The notes: generated by a model not told the origin, from the sequence alone. Counted from the first letter of the stretch, positions 36,962 to 46,374 are shown. The stretch: 64,000 nucleotides of DNA from Anaerolinea sp. (GCA_013822275.1 PNKC01000006.1:2667-66666), one strand, 5' to 3'. A program made the numbers and translations.

Positions 36962-37897
36962 ATGAGGCACGTACTTCTCGTGGCGCTGGCGATCTTCGCC
37001 GCGCTGCTGCCCGTGTCCGCCTTTGCCCAAGACGGTACGAACGGCGATGGCGGCTTTGTCCTGCGGGTAAGCGGCGACTACTGGCTCCGGGGCGATGAAG
37101 AAGCCGACACCGTCGTCGTCATAGATGGTCACGCGCGGATTGACGGCGTCGCCCAATCGCTGCTGGTGATCAGCGGTTCGGCGACCGTCACCGGGCGGGT
37201 GGAAGACGACATCACCATGATCCGGAGCGACCTGGACCTGCAGCGAACCGCCGTGGTGGACAACGTCTCCGTGTTCCGGGGTGACCTGACCCGCAGCGCA
37301 GGCGCAACGATTACGGGCGAACTGGACGAATCCGACGGCCAGTTCCTGTGGGCCGGCTGGTGGATCCTCTTCGGGTTCGTGATGTTCATCGGGATGACGA
37401 TCTTCGTCATCGCGGCCGGGCTGCTGTTCGCCGCCGTGGGTGGACGCCAGTTGCGGGAGGCGGCGGAGTCGATGTCCGCCGAGCCGGGCAAGACGATCGC
37501 GGCCGGGCTGATCATGGTCGTTGGGCTCCCCGTGGCGGCGGTCATCGCGCTGATCACCATCGTGGGAATCCCGGTGGGTGTGGGGCTCCTCGTGATGGCC
37601 CTGCCGCTGTTGGGGTTGCTTGGCCACCTTGTTGCAGGGACCTGGCTGGGGACCCTCATCCTCCGCCCGAGGGAGCCGGCTAAGCATCCGTACCGGGAAG
37701 CGGCCCTCGGCCTGTTGCTCTTGCAGCTCGTGATCTTCGTGCCGGGCGTGGGCGGCCTTGCCTTCGTGGCCGGTGTTGTCTGGGGCACAGGCGCCATTGC
37801 GCTGATGGCATGGCGAGGCATGCGCGGACGGGCCATGCCAGGCGGAGAAGCGCCCACCGCCGCCGCCGTGGGAGGCGGGATGCCACATCCGGCCTGA
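36962..37897 (+). CDS. membrane protein with N-terminal bactofilin-like beta-helix region
   Basis: Signal peptide, then repetitive G/D-V-x segments (IDGHARIDGVAQSLLVISGSATVTGRVEDDITMIRSDLDL...), then about four TM helices. Confidence 0.55.
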   Translation: MRHVLLVALAIFAALLPVSAFAQDGTNGDGGFVLRVSGDYWLRGDEEADTVVVIDGHARIDGVAQSLLVISGSATVTGRVEDDITMIRSDLDLQRTAVVDNVSVFRGDLTRSAGATITGELDESDGQFLWAGWWILFGFVMFIGMTIFVIAAGLLFAAVGGRQLREAAESMSAEPGKTIAAGLIMVVGLPVAAVIALITIVGIPVGVGLLVMALPLLGLLGHLVAGTWLGTLILRPREPAKHPYREAALGLLLLQLVIFVPGVGGLAFVAGVVWGTGAIALMAWRGMRGRAMPGGEAPTAAAVGGGMPHPA

Positions 37898-38047
37898 ACG
37901 AGCCGCCCTCCCGTTCCGGAGGACACCCGCCCGGCGCCGCGCCAACCCTGCGCGGTAAACGTTGGCGGGGATCGCGGAAAACGCACACGCGAGCCTGCGC
38001 CAGAGCCGTCATCCTGCCGATTGCAGGGATGAGACAACGAGGAGGCA

Positions 38048-38245
38048 ATGCAGATGGAACCACACATCAGCCACCCGTTGGACCGGATGAAGCCCCAACG
38101 CGGCCGCGAGTGGGACAGGGCTGCCCCGCCGCTGATGGTCGCGGCTCCACCGGCGCGCCACATCCGCTGGCGCCTGGTCGCGTTCGCCACGGTCGCATCC
38201 GCCCTCGCCGGGGCCGCGTCTGCGGTGGCCGCGCAGGCCTTCTGA
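38048..38245 (+). CDS. hypothetical small protein with C-terminal hydrophobic helix (65 aa)
   Basis: RBS GAGGAGG about 4 nt upstream. Coding-like third positions. C-terminal segment WRLVAFATVASALAGAASAVAAQAF. Confidence 0.4.
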   Translation: MQMEPHISHPLDRMKPQRGREWDRAAPPLMVAAPPARHIRWRLVAFATVASALAGAASAVAAQAF

Positions 38246-38248
38246 GCG

Positions 38249-38665
38249 TTACTCGACGACGATCTTGCCGCTCATGGCTGCGCCGTGGATGCCGCACTGG
38301 TAGTTGATCGTGCTTCCCGGCGTATCGAAGGTCCGTTCGTAGGTGCCGGAACCGGTCTTCTCGCCCGAACTCTGGCCACCCAGGAGGATGGAGTGCGGAT
38401 TGCTGCCGGACCACTCCCAGATTACCTTCGTCCCGGACTTCACCGTGAGCGTGGCGGGCGTGAAGGCGTTGTCCGAGACCTTCACTTTCGCTTCGGGCCG
38501 GGGCGTGGGCGAACCCTGAGGCGCGTTGCTGATGTTGCTGTTCACGATCCCCCCGGCGTCCGCGCTCGCCTTGTCATCGCCCCCTCCTCCACACCCACCA
38601 ACGGCCCAGGCCCCAGCCACCAGGACCCCCACAAGCGCGACGCCGCGCAGATCTGGACGATGCAT
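38249..38665 (-). CDS. cupredoxin-domain lipoprotein (plastocyanin/azurin-like)
   Basis: RBS GAGGGG. Lipobox AVGGC. Type-1 copper ligand spacing H...C-G-I-H-G-A-A-M (NPHS...YQCGIHGAAM). Confidence 0.8.
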   Translation of the reverse strand: MHRPDLRGVALVGVLVAGAWAVGGCGGGGDDKASADAGGIVNSNISNAPQGSPTPRPEAKVKVSDNAFTPATLTVKSGTKVIWEWSGSNPHSILLGGQSSGEKTGSGTYERTFDTPGSTINYQCGIHGAAMSGKIVVE

Positions 38666-38765
38666 CTTGCCCCTCAGCTTCCCGCACAACGTGCGCCCGT
38701 CTTGGCCCGGAGTCTAGCATCCGCTCAATCGAACGCAAGGGTTGTTTCTATGGAAGCCCGGCCGC

Positions 38766-39305
38766 TCAGGGCGTCTTCTTATCCCATTCCTCCCAGTAGA
38801 CGAACTCCTCCAGGGGCATCCGCGCCCGTGTCCCGGCGTTGGCATCATGGCCCGCCGGGTAGCCGAAGGCGACGAGGTTCGCCACCGTATGGCCTTCCGG
38901 AAGGCGGAGCACCTGGCCGGCACATTCGGCGTCGTGCATGGATGCGGGGCAACTGGCGATCCCCGCCTCCCACGCCGTGAGCATCATGTTCTGGGCAGCC
39001 CGTCCCGCATCGAACGGTCCGCGGAAGATCGAAAACGGCGCGCCCACCACGCCAAGCTCGGGCACGAGCACAAGAGCGACGACGAGCGGGGCGGAAACCA
39101 CGTGCGGGGTGAACTGGCCACAGGCAGCAAGCTCCGCCTTCCGGGCGGAGTCGCGCAGCGCCACCAGGCGGATCGGCTGGGCGTTCTTGGCGCTGCCGGC
39201 CATGCGCGCTGATTGAAGGATCCGGTGGAGCACGTCTTCGGGGACCGGCTGCGCCGAGAATGAGCGGGTGTCGCGTTTGCTGATGATCGAACGGTAGGTG
39301 TCCAT
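38766..39305 (-). CDS. nitroreductase family protein
   Basis: ISKRDTRSF...VPEDVLHRILQSARMAGSAKNAQP is a typical nitroreductase N-terminus. Confidence 0.8.
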   Translation of the reverse strand: MDTYRSIISKRDTRSFSAQPVPEDVLHRILQSARMAGSAKNAQPIRLVALRDSARKAELAACGQFTPHVVSAPLVVALVLVPELGVVGAPFSIFRGPFDAGRAAQNMMLTAWEAGIASCPASMHDAECAGQVLRLPEGHTVANLVAFGYPAGHDANAGTRARMPLEEFVYWEEWDKKTP

Positions 39306-39442
39306 CGCCGGGGCATCCTAGCGCCCGCGGGGCGAACTCGCCCGGTGGGCGATAGTCGGAGGAACCTTTCTTCACAGTTCGGCGTTTGTTCTGACAAGGC
39401 GGGTGTAGAATGCGGCCGGTGGCGCAGGCAGGTGGGGAGCAG

Positions 39443-40498
39443 ATGTCCTCCCGGCAACGGCACTTCGGCGGGCCCAGGGTGGAAGCGTCACTCCGCCAGG
39501 GCGGCGCCTGGCTGCCGCTGTTTGTCCTGGCTCTCGCGGCGTTCCTGGGGACTTTGCTGATCCTGGCGGAGGCGATTATCGACGCCCCGCGGCGCCAACC
39601 CGCCCGGCCGCTGGACCTGGACTCCGGCCAGGTGTCAGTACCGGCCCAGCCCCGGCAACCGGTCGCCGGCCGCAGCGAGACTTCTGCTGCTCCGGGGGCG
39701 GCACCCGCCGAAGCGCTGCTTGAGCCGCCCGCCGGCGTGACCCGCTGGGAAGACCCGCTGCTCCGGCGAGCGATTGAAGACGCGCTCGGCCCGGACATTG
39801 TCCACACCTCCGTTACCGTCCTGCGCCTGGCGGACGGCCGGGCGGCGTCCGTGGACGGATCGCGGGTGTACTACGCCGCCAGCACCTTCAAGCTAGCCGT
39901 CCTCTACGAGGCGGAGAAGCGCCGCTCCACCGGCGAGCTTGATCTGGAGAGCGTCATCCAATTCAACGACGGCGACCTGGGCGAAGACCTCGGTACGCTC
40001 GGCTACCTCACTTTCGAAGCCGATGGCGGCATCCGCATCCGCGCGGCCCTCGAAGGCATGGTGACTTATTCGGATAACAGCAGCGCCGTCGCCCTGCTCC
40101 ATCTTCTCGGCGGCGGGGCGATTGACGACACGCTGCGTGGCCTCGGCCTTACGGCCATGTCCGTGAATACTCGCGACCTGCCCACCACGGCCGACGACCT
40201 CGCCTTGCTGATGGGGGCCATCGTGGAGGGCCGTGGTCTAAGCCAGGAGGCCCGCGACGAGATGCACTCGTTCCTGCTTCGCCAGCGCACGCGCGACGGG
40301 ATCCCGGCCGGGCTCCCCGCGGGCGTTGCCGCCGGCAACAAGACGGGGACCTGGGAGGGCGCGACCCACGATGTCGCCTTCGTGGACGCGCCGGGCGGGA
40401 CCTACGTGCTCGCTATCCTCTCGGACCGGGGTTGGGAATGGGACCCCCTGAAGCGCGTCAGCGAAGCGGTGTACCGCGAGATGTCGGCCCGTAGGTAG
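39443..40498 (+). CDS. serine hydrolase, class A beta-lactamase-like
   Basis: STFK (SxxK), SDN and KTG motifs in the canonical order. N-terminal TM anchor. ATG at 39443 preceded by GGTGGGGAG. Confidence 0.75.
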   Translation: MSSRQRHFGGPRVEASLRQGGAWLPLFVLALAAFLGTLLILAEAIIDAPRRQPARPLDLDSGQVSVPAQPRQPVAGRSETSAAPGAAPAEALLEPPAGVTRWEDPLLRRAIEDALGPDIVHTSVTVLRLADGRAASVDGSRVYYAASTFKLAVLYEAEKRRSTGELDLESVIQFNDGDLGEDLGTLGYLTFEADGGIRIRAALEGMVTYSDNSSAVALLHLLGGGAIDDTLRGLGLTAMSVNTRDLPTTADDLALLMGAIVEGRGLSQEARDEMHSFLLRQRTRDGIPAGLPAGVAAGNKTGTWEGATHDVAFVDAPGGTYVLAILSDRGWEWDPLKRVSEAVYREMSARR

Positions 40499-40567
40499 CC
40501 GGACGGCGCCAGCGCCGGGCTGGACGGCCAACTTGAGTTCCCGGTGCCACTGGGGTACAAGCCGCAC

Positions 40568-41554
40568 ATGACCACAATTCTCGTCTCTCATCACTTCGCG
40601 CAAACGCACTGGGAGGCAATCGCGCGGGTGGCTGCCGAAGCAGGACTTGGATACGACATCCTGACGCTGCCCGCCGACCCCGAAGCCCGGCTCTCGCCTG
40701 AAGAGTGCGCCCGGGCCGATATCGCCTTCTTTTCGGGCGACATCTTTCCGCGATACTCCCGCGGGTTTTTCGCCGCCACCGCCCAGGCTCCCAACTTGAA
40801 ATGGGTGCACGTTTTCAACGCTGGCGTGGACAACCCGGTCTTCAGGGCCTTCCTCGACCGCGGCATCCGCCTGACGACGTCATCCGGCTCGACCGCGAAA
40901 CCGATCGCCCAAACGGCTATCGGCGGCCTGCTCATGCTCGCGCGCCGCTTCCCCACCTGGGGCGAGTCCCAGCGCCGCCACGCCTGGGAGCCGATCCGGG
41001 GCGACCCACCACCGGACCTGGACTCGCAGACGATGGTCGTGCTCGGCGTCGGCGCGATCGGCAACGAGATCGCGCGCCTGGCGCGCGCAATCGGGCTGCG
41101 CGTCGTCGGAGTGCGGCGGAGTCAGCGGCGCGCGGGGGACAATGTGGACGAACTGATCGCGCCGCCAGATCTGCTGAACGTGCTGCCACGCGCGGACTGG
41201 CTTGCGCTCGCCTGCCCCCTGACTCCAGAGACCCGCGGGGTGATCAACGCGGAGACCCTCGCCACGCTGCCTCGCGGCGCCCACATCATCAACATCGCGC
41301 GCGGCGAAGTGGTCGATGAGCCCGCGATGATCGCGGCGCTGAGGTCTGGCCACCTCGGGGGCGCCTACCTGGATGTGGTGTCGCAGGAGCCGCTGCCGGC
41401 GGATTCACCACTGTGGGACATCCCCAACGTCATCATTTCGCCGCACAACTCCGCCATCGCCGCCGGCAACGAAGGCAGGACCATCGAGTATTTCTTGACC
41501 AACCTCCGGCGCTGGGCGAAGGGCGAGGCACTGGTCAACGAGGTGACGGCGTAG
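40568..41554 (+). CDS. D-isomer-specific 2-hydroxyacid dehydrogenase family protein
   Basis: NAD-binding VLGVGAIGNEIARLA, and catalytic NIARGEVVDE and SPHNS motifs. Confidence 0.85.
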   Translation: MTTILVSHHFAQTHWEAIARVAAEAGLGYDILTLPADPEARLSPEECARADIAFFSGDIFPRYSRGFFAATAQAPNLKWVHVFNAGVDNPVFRAFLDRGIRLTTSSGSTAKPIAQTAIGGLLMLARRFPTWGESQRRHAWEPIRGDPPPDLDSQTMVVLGVGAIGNEIARLARAIGLRVVGVRRSQRRAGDNVDELIAPPDLLNVLPRADWLALACPLTPETRGVINAETLATLPRGAHIINIARGEVVDEPAMIAALRSGHLGGAYLDVVSQEPLPADSPLWDIPNVIISPHNSAIAAGNEGRTIEYFLTNLRRWAKGEALVNEVTA

Positions 41555-41557
41555 AGA

Positions 41558-42145
41558 TCAGGAGCCGCGGGGACAGGAGAGAGCCTCCCGGAAGACTTCG
41601 GACCCAGGGGCCGGGACGGCGCCGCTGAGCTCTGGCGGCCGGCTCGTCACGTTCGCGCGCTTCGCCGTGACGACACCGCTCGAAGGTTCGCGGAACGCCA
41701 CGGTCAGTTCGTGCGTGCCCGTACCCAGCGGCACGGCCTCGGCGGCGCTTTCGAGGAGCAGCTGAAAGCAGACGGTGCCGCTGTAGACCGCCGTGGAGCC
41801 GGCGCTCCAGCGAGCGACGGTCCGGCCACCCTCCGTAAGCCAGAGCTCCATGCCGGCGCCCGGCCGGGATTGCATCTGGAGGACGATCATGAGCGCGGGC
41901 GCCTCGTTTTCGAGCTTCGTGAACCGTGCCAGGGCAAGCTCCCACTTCCAGTTCGAAGGCGGCGCTTTCACGGCGGGCGGAATCTCCGGCGCGTTGAAGG
42001 CGACGTTTCCCGTTGTCGTCCCTATCAAGGCGCGCACGGAGGGAGAAGTCGTGAACGATGCGTCCGGCTTTTCGCATGCGGCGGCAGCCAGGGCGATCCC
42101 CAGGGCAAAGACCGTGAAAGCGGCCCGGGCGGAATGCCGGAGCAT
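41558..42145 (-). CDS. hypothetical lipoprotein
   Basis: Signal/lipobox FALGIALAAAAC. No family recognised. Confidence 0.5.
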   Translation of the reverse strand: MLRHSARAAFTVFALGIALAAAACEKPDASFTTSPSVRALIGTTTGNVAFNAPEIPPAVKAPPSNWKWELALARFTKLENEAPALMIVLQMQSRPGAGMELWLTEGGRTVARWSAGSTAVYSGTVCFQLLLESAAEAVPLGTGTHELTVAFREPSSGVVTAKRANVTSRPPELSGAVPAPGSEVFREALSCPRGS

Positions 42146-42183
42146 CCCGCCGCGGGCCGCCGGCCGGGGGTGAGACCCGTTCT

Positions 42184-43722
42184 TCAGTTGCGCACCGCGT
42201 CTCGCTTGTTCACCAGGAGCATGCGGTTGAGGGCGCTCATGTACGCCTTCGCGCTCGCCACGATGATGTCCGTATCGGCTGCGCGCCCCGTGTAGACGCG
42301 GCCGTCCTGTTCGATGCGGATGGTTACGTCGCCCTGAGCGTCGATGCCTTCCGTGACACTGTTCACGCTGAACTCCGTCAGACGCGGCGAAAGGCCGGTG
42401 ATCCGGTTCATCGCCCGGTAAACAGCATCGACGGGGCCCGTCCCGGTGGCGGCGTCCGTGCGGATGTTGCCTTCCGGGTCGACGAGGCGCAGCGTCGCCG
42501 TCGGCGTGGAATGGTCGCCCGCGGAGACCTGGACAAGTTCGAGGCGCCAGGCGGCGTCTTCCATGCTCCGCATGTTTTCGTTGACGATGGCCTCGAGGTC
42601 GCGGTCATCGACTTCCATCTTCTTGTCGGCCAGCTCCTTGAAGGCGCTGAAGACGCGGCTCAGCTCTTCGTCGGTGAGTTCGTAGCCGAGCTCTTCCATG
42701 TGCACCTTGAAGGCGTGGCGGCCCGAGAGCTTGCCCATAATGAGCTGCGTCCCCTGGGGGATGCCGATCTCCGCGGGGTCCATGATCTCCCACGTCTCGC
42801 GCAGTTTGAGGATGCCGTCCTGGTGGATGCCCGAACCGTGGCGGAAGGCGTTCTTGCCGACGACCGCCTTGTTCCACTGCACCGGCATGCCCGAGTACGT
42901 CTCGACCATCTTGCTGGCACGGTAGATCTCGCGCGTGTTTATGCTCGTCTCGAAGCCGAAGTAGTCCTTGCGCGTCTTGAGCGCCATTACGACCTCTTCG
43001 AGGGAGGTGTTGCCCGCCCGCTCGCCGATGCCGTTGATCGTGACCTCCACCTGGCGGGCGCCGTTCTGGATGGCCGTGAGGGTGTTGGCGGTGCAGAGAC
43101 CGAGGTCGTTCTGGCCGTGGAAGCTGACCCGCGCTTTGTGGATGTTCGGGACGTTTTCGAAGATCGAGCGGAAGAGGCCGCCAAGCTCTTCAGGGATGGC
43201 GTAACCCACCGAGTCCGGGATATTGACCGTTGTGGCGCCAGCGTCGATACACCGCCGCACGATTTCGTACACGAAGCGGGGGTCGGCGCGAGTGGCGTCC
43301 ATCGGGCTGAACTCAACGTTCGAGGTGTACTTCGCCGCGTGGCGGACCATCGCCTCGGCCTGCGTCAGGACCTGCTCACGGTCCTTGTTCAACTGGTGCG
43401 CCATCTGGATGTCGCTCGTGTTGATGAAGACGTGGATGCGCGGGTCGGCAGCGTTCTTGATGGCTTCCCAGGCCGTGTCGATGTCAGTCGTTACGGCGCG
43501 GGCGAGCGCGCAGATCGTGGTGCCACGGACTTCGCGGGAGATCTTCTGGACGGCTTCCAGGTCGCCCGGTGTGGAGCAGGGGAAGCCGGCTTCGATGATG
43601 TCGACGCCGAGCTTCTCGAGCTGCTTCGCAATCTCCAGCTTTTCCTGGGGAGTGAACGCGACGCCGGCAGACTGTTCGCCGTCGCGCAGGGTGGTATCGA
43701 AGATGTAGATCTTTTCGCCCAT
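42184..43722 (-). CDS. leuA: 2-isopropylmalate synthase
   Basis: ORF trimmed to the ATG at 43722. MGEKIYIFDTTLRDGEQSAGV...HGQNDLGL...HQDG, plus the C-terminal LeuA dimer/regulatory domain. Confidence 0.92.
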   Translation of the reverse strand: MGEKIYIFDTTLRDGEQSAGVAFTPQEKLEIAKQLEKLGVDIIEAGFPCSTPGDLEAVQKISREVRGTTICALARAVTTDIDTAWEAIKNAADPRIHVFINTSDIQMAHQLNKDREQVLTQAEAMVRHAAKYTSNVEFSPMDATRADPRFVYEIVRRCIDAGATTVNIPDSVGYAIPEELGGLFRSIFENVPNIHKARVSFHGQNDLGLCTANTLTAIQNGARQVEVTINGIGERAGNTSLEEVVMALKTRKDYFGFETSINTREIYRASKMVETYSGMPVQWNKAVVGKNAFRHGSGIHQDGILKLRETWEIMDPAEIGIPQGTQLIMGKLSGRHAFKVHMEELGYELTDEELSRVFSAFKELADKKMEVDDRDLEAIVNENMRSMEDAAWRLELVQVSAGDHSTPTATLRLVDPEGNIRTDAATGTGPVDAVYRAMNRITGLSPRLTEFSVNSVTEGIDAQGDVTIRIEQDGRVYTGRAADTDIIVASAKAYMSALNRMLLVNKRDAVRN

Positions 43723-44070
43723 TGGACTGTGCCCTCTCGGTATCCATTCTGGCGCCACGCCCGCGAACGGTCGCGCGGCTCTAACAGTCCTCCAACATTT
43801 CGGAGTGGCGGCCCGCGACGCGGAGCGCATGGCGCGCTCAACTTCAGCGCAGGTGCAGGGAATCGTGGAGGTGTATGGGGAACGCGTCAGGGGCGCCGAA
43901 GGGCGCGCCCCGGTGAGTCCGGGGCGAAGAGCGTTTCCTCTCGTAAGTATGCGACAGCGGTCAGCATCGTTGTTGTAGTATCGGCGGCGGCAGGGCCACC
44001 CCGCAAGTAGGCTGTTCCCTACGCCTGCACGGTTCCGCCCAGCCACCAACACAAGTGCGCGGATGAGACG

Positions 44071-44076
44071 TACAAT
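44071..44076 (+). promoter_or_regulatory. -10-like hexamer TACAAT 8 nt upstream of the dapB ATG (possible leaderless transcript)
   Basis: TACAAT at 44071-44076 and ATG at 44085. No Shine-Dalgarno sequence in between. Confidence 0.35.
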
Positions 44077-44084
44077 CGCGAGCC

Positions 44085-44864
44085 ATGAGCGACTTGCGCA
44101 TTGTGATATCCGGTTCCGGGAAGATGGGCCGCCAGGTGGCGGAGGCCGTGGCCGCCGCGGAAGGCATGCACGCCGTCGCCTTCCTGGACGCCATGGCCAC
44201 CACGGGCCGCATCGAGCACCTCCCAGTCTTCACCGACCCCGAGGTCTGTTTCGATGAAAAGATGCCGGACCTCGTCATCGACTTCACGAACGCGGAGTGG
44301 ACGCCCGGCCTGGCCGAGGCCGCCCTCGCCCGCAACGTGCGGATGGTGATCGGCACGACCGGCCTGAGCGGGGAGTTCATGGGCTGGCTAGAAAGAGAAG
44401 CGGCGAAGAAGAAGCTGGGCGTCGTCGTCGCGGCCAACTTCGCCATCGGTGCCGTCCTGATGATGCACTTCGCCGCCCAGGCAAGCCGGTTCTTCGACAA
44501 CGCCGAGATCATCGAGCTGCACCACGACCAGAAGGTCGATTCCCCCAGCGGTACGGCGAAGACCACGGCGGAGACGATGCGCGCGGCCCGTGAGACCGAC
44601 TTCATCCACCCGAACTCAGAGAAAGAGCCGCTGCCCGGCGCGCGCGGCGCCGAGAGTGGTGGCGTTGCTATTCACTCCGTGCGCCTGCCGGGGCTGGTCG
44701 CCCATCAGGAAGTGATCTTCGGTGGCCTCGGCCAAACGCTCACCATCCGCCACGACACCACGGGCCGCGATTCGTTCATGCCCGGCGTCATCCTCGCCGC
44801 CCGCCAGGTGATGGAACTGAAGAAGCTGGTCGTCGGGCTGGATGCGCTCTTCGGGCTGCGGTAG
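44085..44864 (+). CDS. dapB: 4-hydroxy-tetrahydrodipicolinate reductase
   Basis: ISGSGKMGR NAD(P) motif and ELHHDQKVDSPSGTA DapB signature. Confidence 0.92.
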   Translation: MSDLRIVISGSGKMGRQVAEAVAAAEGMHAVAFLDAMATTGRIEHLPVFTDPEVCFDEKMPDLVIDFTNAEWTPGLAEAALARNVRMVIGTTGLSGEFMGWLEREAAKKKLGVVVAANFAIGAVLMMHFAAQASRFFDNAEIIELHHDQKVDSPSGTAKTTAETMRAARETDFIHPNSEKEPLPGARGAESGGVAIHSVRLPGLVAHQEVIFGGLGQTLTIRHDTTGRDSFMPGVILAARQVMELKKLVVGLDALFGLR

Positions 44865-44874
44865 GGTTGGACAC

Positions 44875-45084
44875 ATGAGCACCGAAGCCCGTTCAGAGAT
44901 CCAGGCCATCGAAAGCCGGTTGCGCGCACTCTCGCCCGCCGCCCGGGCGCTGGTGGCGGAGTTCGTCGAAGAGCTGGAGCGGCAGGACACTCTCCGGGCT
45001 GGCGCGACCGCTATAGCCTCTGAACAGGCGCTCGCGCGGGACTGGCTTGCCGCCGCGGAGGACGAAGCTTGGAGCGGCTTGTAA
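44875..45084 (+). CDS. small antitoxin-like protein (DUF2281-like C-terminal motif), no cognate toxin adjacent
   Basis: 69 aa. LSPAARALVAEFVEELERQ and the C-terminal LARDWLAAAEDEAWSGL resemble addiction-module antitoxins. Confidence 0.4.
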   Translation: MSTEARSEIQAIESRLRALSPAARALVAEFVEELERQDTLRAGATAIASEQALARDWLAAAEDEAWSGL

Positions 45085-45119
45085 GGCTTCGTGTCTAACG
45101 CTCAACAGTGTTGTGTGGA

Positions 45120-45494
45120 ATGGACTCGGAAACCTACCTCCGGCTGCTCGAAGGCGTCATGAGGCGGCACTCTGAACTCTGGGCTGGCTTCGGCGAAGGC
45201 CTTTCCGGCGACTTCCCCGAGATGCTCGCGGACACCTACGACGTCATCTCCAGCGACCTTGCGAGGCTCTCCCCACCCGGCTCGCTGGAGGGGACCCATC
45301 GTGCGCTGATGGAAACCTTTGCGGGGATATCCGGCGTGATGCGCGCTTCGACGGTGAGCGATGGGAAGTTGCGGGTGCCGCCCGAACTGGATGAGCACCT
45401 CGTTGCGGTAACGCAGGGTGGAGCCCGTGCCGTCGTGACGCTCCAGGACGCAGCAAGGCAACTCGGCCTGGACATCCGCCTGGACTGGTCTTGA
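45120..45494 (+). CDS. hypothetical protein (124 aa)
   Basis: ORF with coding-like bias. Alternative GTG at 45108. No family recognised. Confidence 0.45.
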   Translation: MDSETYLRLLEGVMRRHSELWAGFGEGLSGDFPEMLADTYDVISSDLARLSPPGSLEGTHRALMETFAGISGVMRASTVSDGKLRVPPELDEHLVAVTQGGARAVVTLQDAARQLGLDIRLDWS

Positions 45495-45543
45495 AGCGCC
45501 TCGCTCCCTTCCAGTGCGCCTGTAGAGGCGTCTGCTATCCTCG

Positions 45544-46374
45544 GTGGCGATGAACTTCGACAGGATCACGGTCGAAACGCTGAACAGCCTCGCCCTTCGC
45601 TGGGCTGTGTTGGAGCATGGCGCCGTCTGGGCCGCGAAGTCCTTGCCCGTCATCCTCGTCGCCACGCTCGTGATCGGCGGACTCGCGGCGGCGATTCGCG
45701 AAATGCGGCGGCGCGAGCTGCCGTTTCGCCTGATTGAAGGCGCGTTTGTGGCGCTTATCGCGCTCATCCTGGGGATGGCCGTGAACCAGATCGTGAGCGC
45801 CATCTGGTTCCGCCCGCGTCCCTACGATGCTATCCCCGGGCTGCACCTCCTTGTCGCCGCTTCCCCCGACCCGTCATTCCCGTCGGACCACGCGACGGCT
45901 GCGCTCGCCCTGGCCATCGGCATTGGCATCGCGGTGCCCTGGTTGCGCAATGTCCTTCTCATCGAAAGCGCGCTGCTGCTCACGGGGCGAGTCGCGGTCG
46001 GGCTGCACTACCCGTCTGACATGGCCGCTGGCCTCTTCATCGCGCTCTTCGCGGTTGCGGTCGCCCAGCTGATCGTCTTCAAGGGGCGGCGCCTCTTGCA
46101 CAGGGTTGCGGCGCCGGCCGTTGGCTGGATCGTCCCGCTGGGGCCGCCGTCGCCCGCGCCTGCGAGCCAGGGCAAGGTCTTGCTGGCGGCCGGGCTGCTT
46201 TCCGCCCTGGTAGGGATGCCGATCGTAATTGAGGCCGCCGCCGACCCCATCCGCTTGCACCCCGAATGGTTGGAGGCGGTTGTGCTTGCCGGGCTGTGGA
46301 CAGGACTCGCCGCGTTGGCGGTGCTCCTCATCCGGGCCAGCGGCGGCGCCGGGCGGGGGATGACCACCAGGTAG
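45544..46374 (+). CDS. PAP2-family phosphatase (membrane)
   Basis: PAP2 motifs ...RPRP..., FPSDHATA and GRVAVGLHYPSDMAAG. Confidence 0.8.
   Translation: MAMNFDRITVETLNSLALRWAVLEHGAVWAAKSLPVILVATLVIGGLAAAIREMRRRELPFRLIEGAFVALIALILGMAVNQIVSAIWFRPRPYDAIPGLHLLVAASPDPSFPSDHATAALALAIGIGIAVPWLRNVLLIESALLLTGRVAVGLHYPSDMAAGLFIALFAVAVAQLIVFKGRRLLHRVAAPAVGWIVPLGPPSPAPASQGKVLLAAGLLSALVGMPIVIEAAADPIRLHPEWLEAVVLAGLWTGLAALAVLLIRASGGAGRGMTTR

Noticed and set aside
43723-44084. Leucine-rich leader peptide attenuator for leuA
   Set aside because: The only short ORF on the leuA strand (MLTAVAYLREETLFAPDSPGRALRRP) has no run of Leu codons, and no terminator with a U tract follows.
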